Assembly: GCF_020745735.1 (NCBI RefSeq)
Contig: NC_083433.1
Span: 12,721,363 to 12,785,362 of the forward strand
Direction: 5' to 3'
Source: Hemiscyllium ocellatum
Taxonomy: Eukaryota
DNA: 64,000 nt
The notes below the pieces were generated by a model that did not search any database, was not told the origin of the DNA, and saw nothing but the letters and a program-made list of their open reading frames with translations. This document shows, piece after piece, positions 61,881-64,000 of this stretch. The first letter of the stretch is position 1; each line of letters opens with the position of its first letter. The position numbers and the translations under genes were made by a program.

Positions 61881-63743
61881 GTATGTGGTGCTCTCCCTGT
61901 GTCTGTGTGGGTTTCCTATGTGTGCTCCTGTTTCCTCCCACAGTCAAAAGATGTGCAGGATCAGTGAATCGGCCATGGGAAATGCAGGGTTTAGAGGATT
62001 GGTGGGTCTGAACAGGATGCTTTTCAGATAATTGGTGCAGACTCAATGGGCTGAATGGCTTCAGCCTGCACTGGAGGGAGTCTGTCAGCATGACTTGATT
62101 GTTCACAATAAAAGGTTTTATGTTGTGGAATAAATATGTTGAGGACCCAAACCCTCTCTGAAGGCTGCAGTGTATGCTCACTACAAAATTCACACAATCA
62201 CCAGGACAGCCCCCTCCCTAACCCACGATCCCTGAAACCCCAAAGATGAAGGAGCAGCTATACAGGAGAGTCAGCAGCTCTAGGTTTCCTTTCAGAAGGA
62301 CAGCACTCCCCAACTTGGAGAGAAATCACTGCTCCTTCAACATCACTGGGTCAAATCAAACTGCATCAGGAGAATCCTTCACCCTATGGGAAGCTGGGAG
62401 GAAGCTTGGATCAGCTTCGATTGCAAACTACTGACTTTAGCAGCAAGAGTAAATCAGATGGAAGCATCTAACCTCAAGCATTGCTGTTATTCCCAGATCA
62501 CTGTCATCCTGCCCATTTCAGCTGTAGGTGATGATGAGAGCATGTGTATTAACTCAATGCAGCTCAGGAGAATTTCTTCAGCTGCCTCCCAGGAATGTGC
62601 ATCTGTAGGGAAGGTTTGCAGTGAATGATCCCAGCTCTGGGTGGGCAGGCATGAAGATTATTGAAAGTGCTGGAGCAGTGTTAGGAGTGAGTCTTCAGAT
62701 AGGGAGGTACACAAAATTGAGGGAGATACAGTAGGATAGCATTGCTACTGCTAGGAAAAGCTCCCCCCTGGTGTGGATTGACTCTTTGTTGTGCTAGAAT
62801 GGGTATTTAATCAAGGTGCTTATCATCAGGAGGTGCATGTTTGACTCACTACAGACAAATGAACTGGTTGACATACCCAACTGCTAATGGCTGCAACAAG
62901 GCAAGGGGTGAAGATCACAGGCCTCTGTGCTGGCCCTGTTTTGAACCCTGACTGGCTCCAGAGGCTGGGCTCAGGTAAAGAAAACAGCACCATCTAGAAT
63001 ATCCAGGTCATGTTAGAGCTCCATTGGGAGTTATACCAGACAGGTTGAGATCATATCCTTCCCAGGTTAGCTGGTTCCTCCATACAGCCCAATAGACCTT
63101 ACCCAAGGCCAGCAGGAATAGGTGAACAGATCAGGTCACCCAGATCATGCAGTTTGACTCCAAATTGTGGAGTACTTCTAAACACATTGATGTTGGGGGT
63201 GAACTCTTCATGGGCAAACCTGGAAGTGAACATGGAATCAAAGATGTGGGGCATCTAGGGAAATTGATCTCTCAAGTTGATCTTTTGAAGAGGAACACAC
63301 ACTTCCTTGCACACGGTTTGATATAACGCACAACTGTAGGCATTGAGCCAGAAGAGTATAATTCTTGGACAAAAGAATCATTAGATGGAGTATAAAACCT
63401 GAGTGTAAAACATTCTGGGGAGGATAGCTTGCATTTTAGTTACAACAACTCCATCTAGTTATTCCTGTCCAATGGGGTGTGGAGTGTTGGCCGAGGGGAA
63501 AGAGTGATGAGGATACATTTAGTGAGGTGTTTTAGTCCGGTATATGAGCCAAATTGCAGAGTGATTTACTGGCATCAAGCTCTCCAGAAATCAGCAAGTA
63601 CAAGGTTTTATTCATTTCCATTCAGGTGGTACAGCCATTACATTCTTGCCAACATGCTCCTTCTCCCTGGGTGGGGGAAGCCAGATTGTCCAAGTGAAGT
63701 CAGTAATGCATTCAGACAAAAGCAGACAGTCCCCCATGTCCCA

Positions 63744-63897
63744 CTAACTGCTGTCCTCCAGTGAGAGCCTGTCAAACAGGTACTCTCCCAGCCCATTCTC
63801 AGCAGCTCCCAGATGCTTCAGGTTGGTGATGTAGTCCCCAGGTTGTTTGATTATCTCAATCTCCTCATCCAAGTAGTGGGTCTCCAGGAAGTCACAG
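63744..63897 (-). pseudogene. Ferritin copy 8, exon 4 only (rest lies beyond the window), frameshifted
   Basis: Exon is 154 nt instead of 156. A 2-nt deletion in CTGTGTGAC gives CTG TGA. Further changes in the ancestral frame ([17 protein letters not shown]). Confidence 0.85.
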
Positions 63898-64000
63898 CTG
63901 GAACACAGGAATAGCACAACATTACATTAGCACAATCCAAGACAGTTTGGAGAATTCCAACTGCAAAATACACTGGGCAGTACTAGCTCTGGACAACCCC

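Overview
Eukaryotic genomic DNA, most likely a shark, judging by the elasmobranch-type tRNA-derived SINEs, CR1-clade LINEs and Penelope-like relics. The window is dominated by a head-to-tail, minus-strand tandem array of 4-exon ferritin genes (176 aa; coding exons 102/147/126/156 nt; all introns phase 0, GT-AG). The repeat unit is about 8.6-9.3 kb, with stop codons at 93, 14473, 23747, 32580, 37581, 46312, 55105 and 63744. Copies 2, 5, 6 and 7 are intact. Copy 3 has a nonsense codon and copy 8 a frameshift, both giving a stop at the Cys127 codon. Copy 4 lost exon 1 and its promoter through a ~3.4 kb deletion. Copy 1 has a broken proximal exon 1, but an intact orphan promoter plus exon 1 lies 9.3 kb upstream of its exon 2. 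The subunit is light-chain-like: Lys at ferroxidase position 62, Glu at 141 and Leu at 173 (human H numbering), while Glu27 and His65 are kept. None of the short 5' UTRs contains an iron-responsive element. The array looks like an amplified, iron-uncoupled ferritin family with a probably inactive ferroxidase site, evolving by birth-and-death and gene conversion. Almost all other ORFs in the track are antisense or repeat-derived noise.
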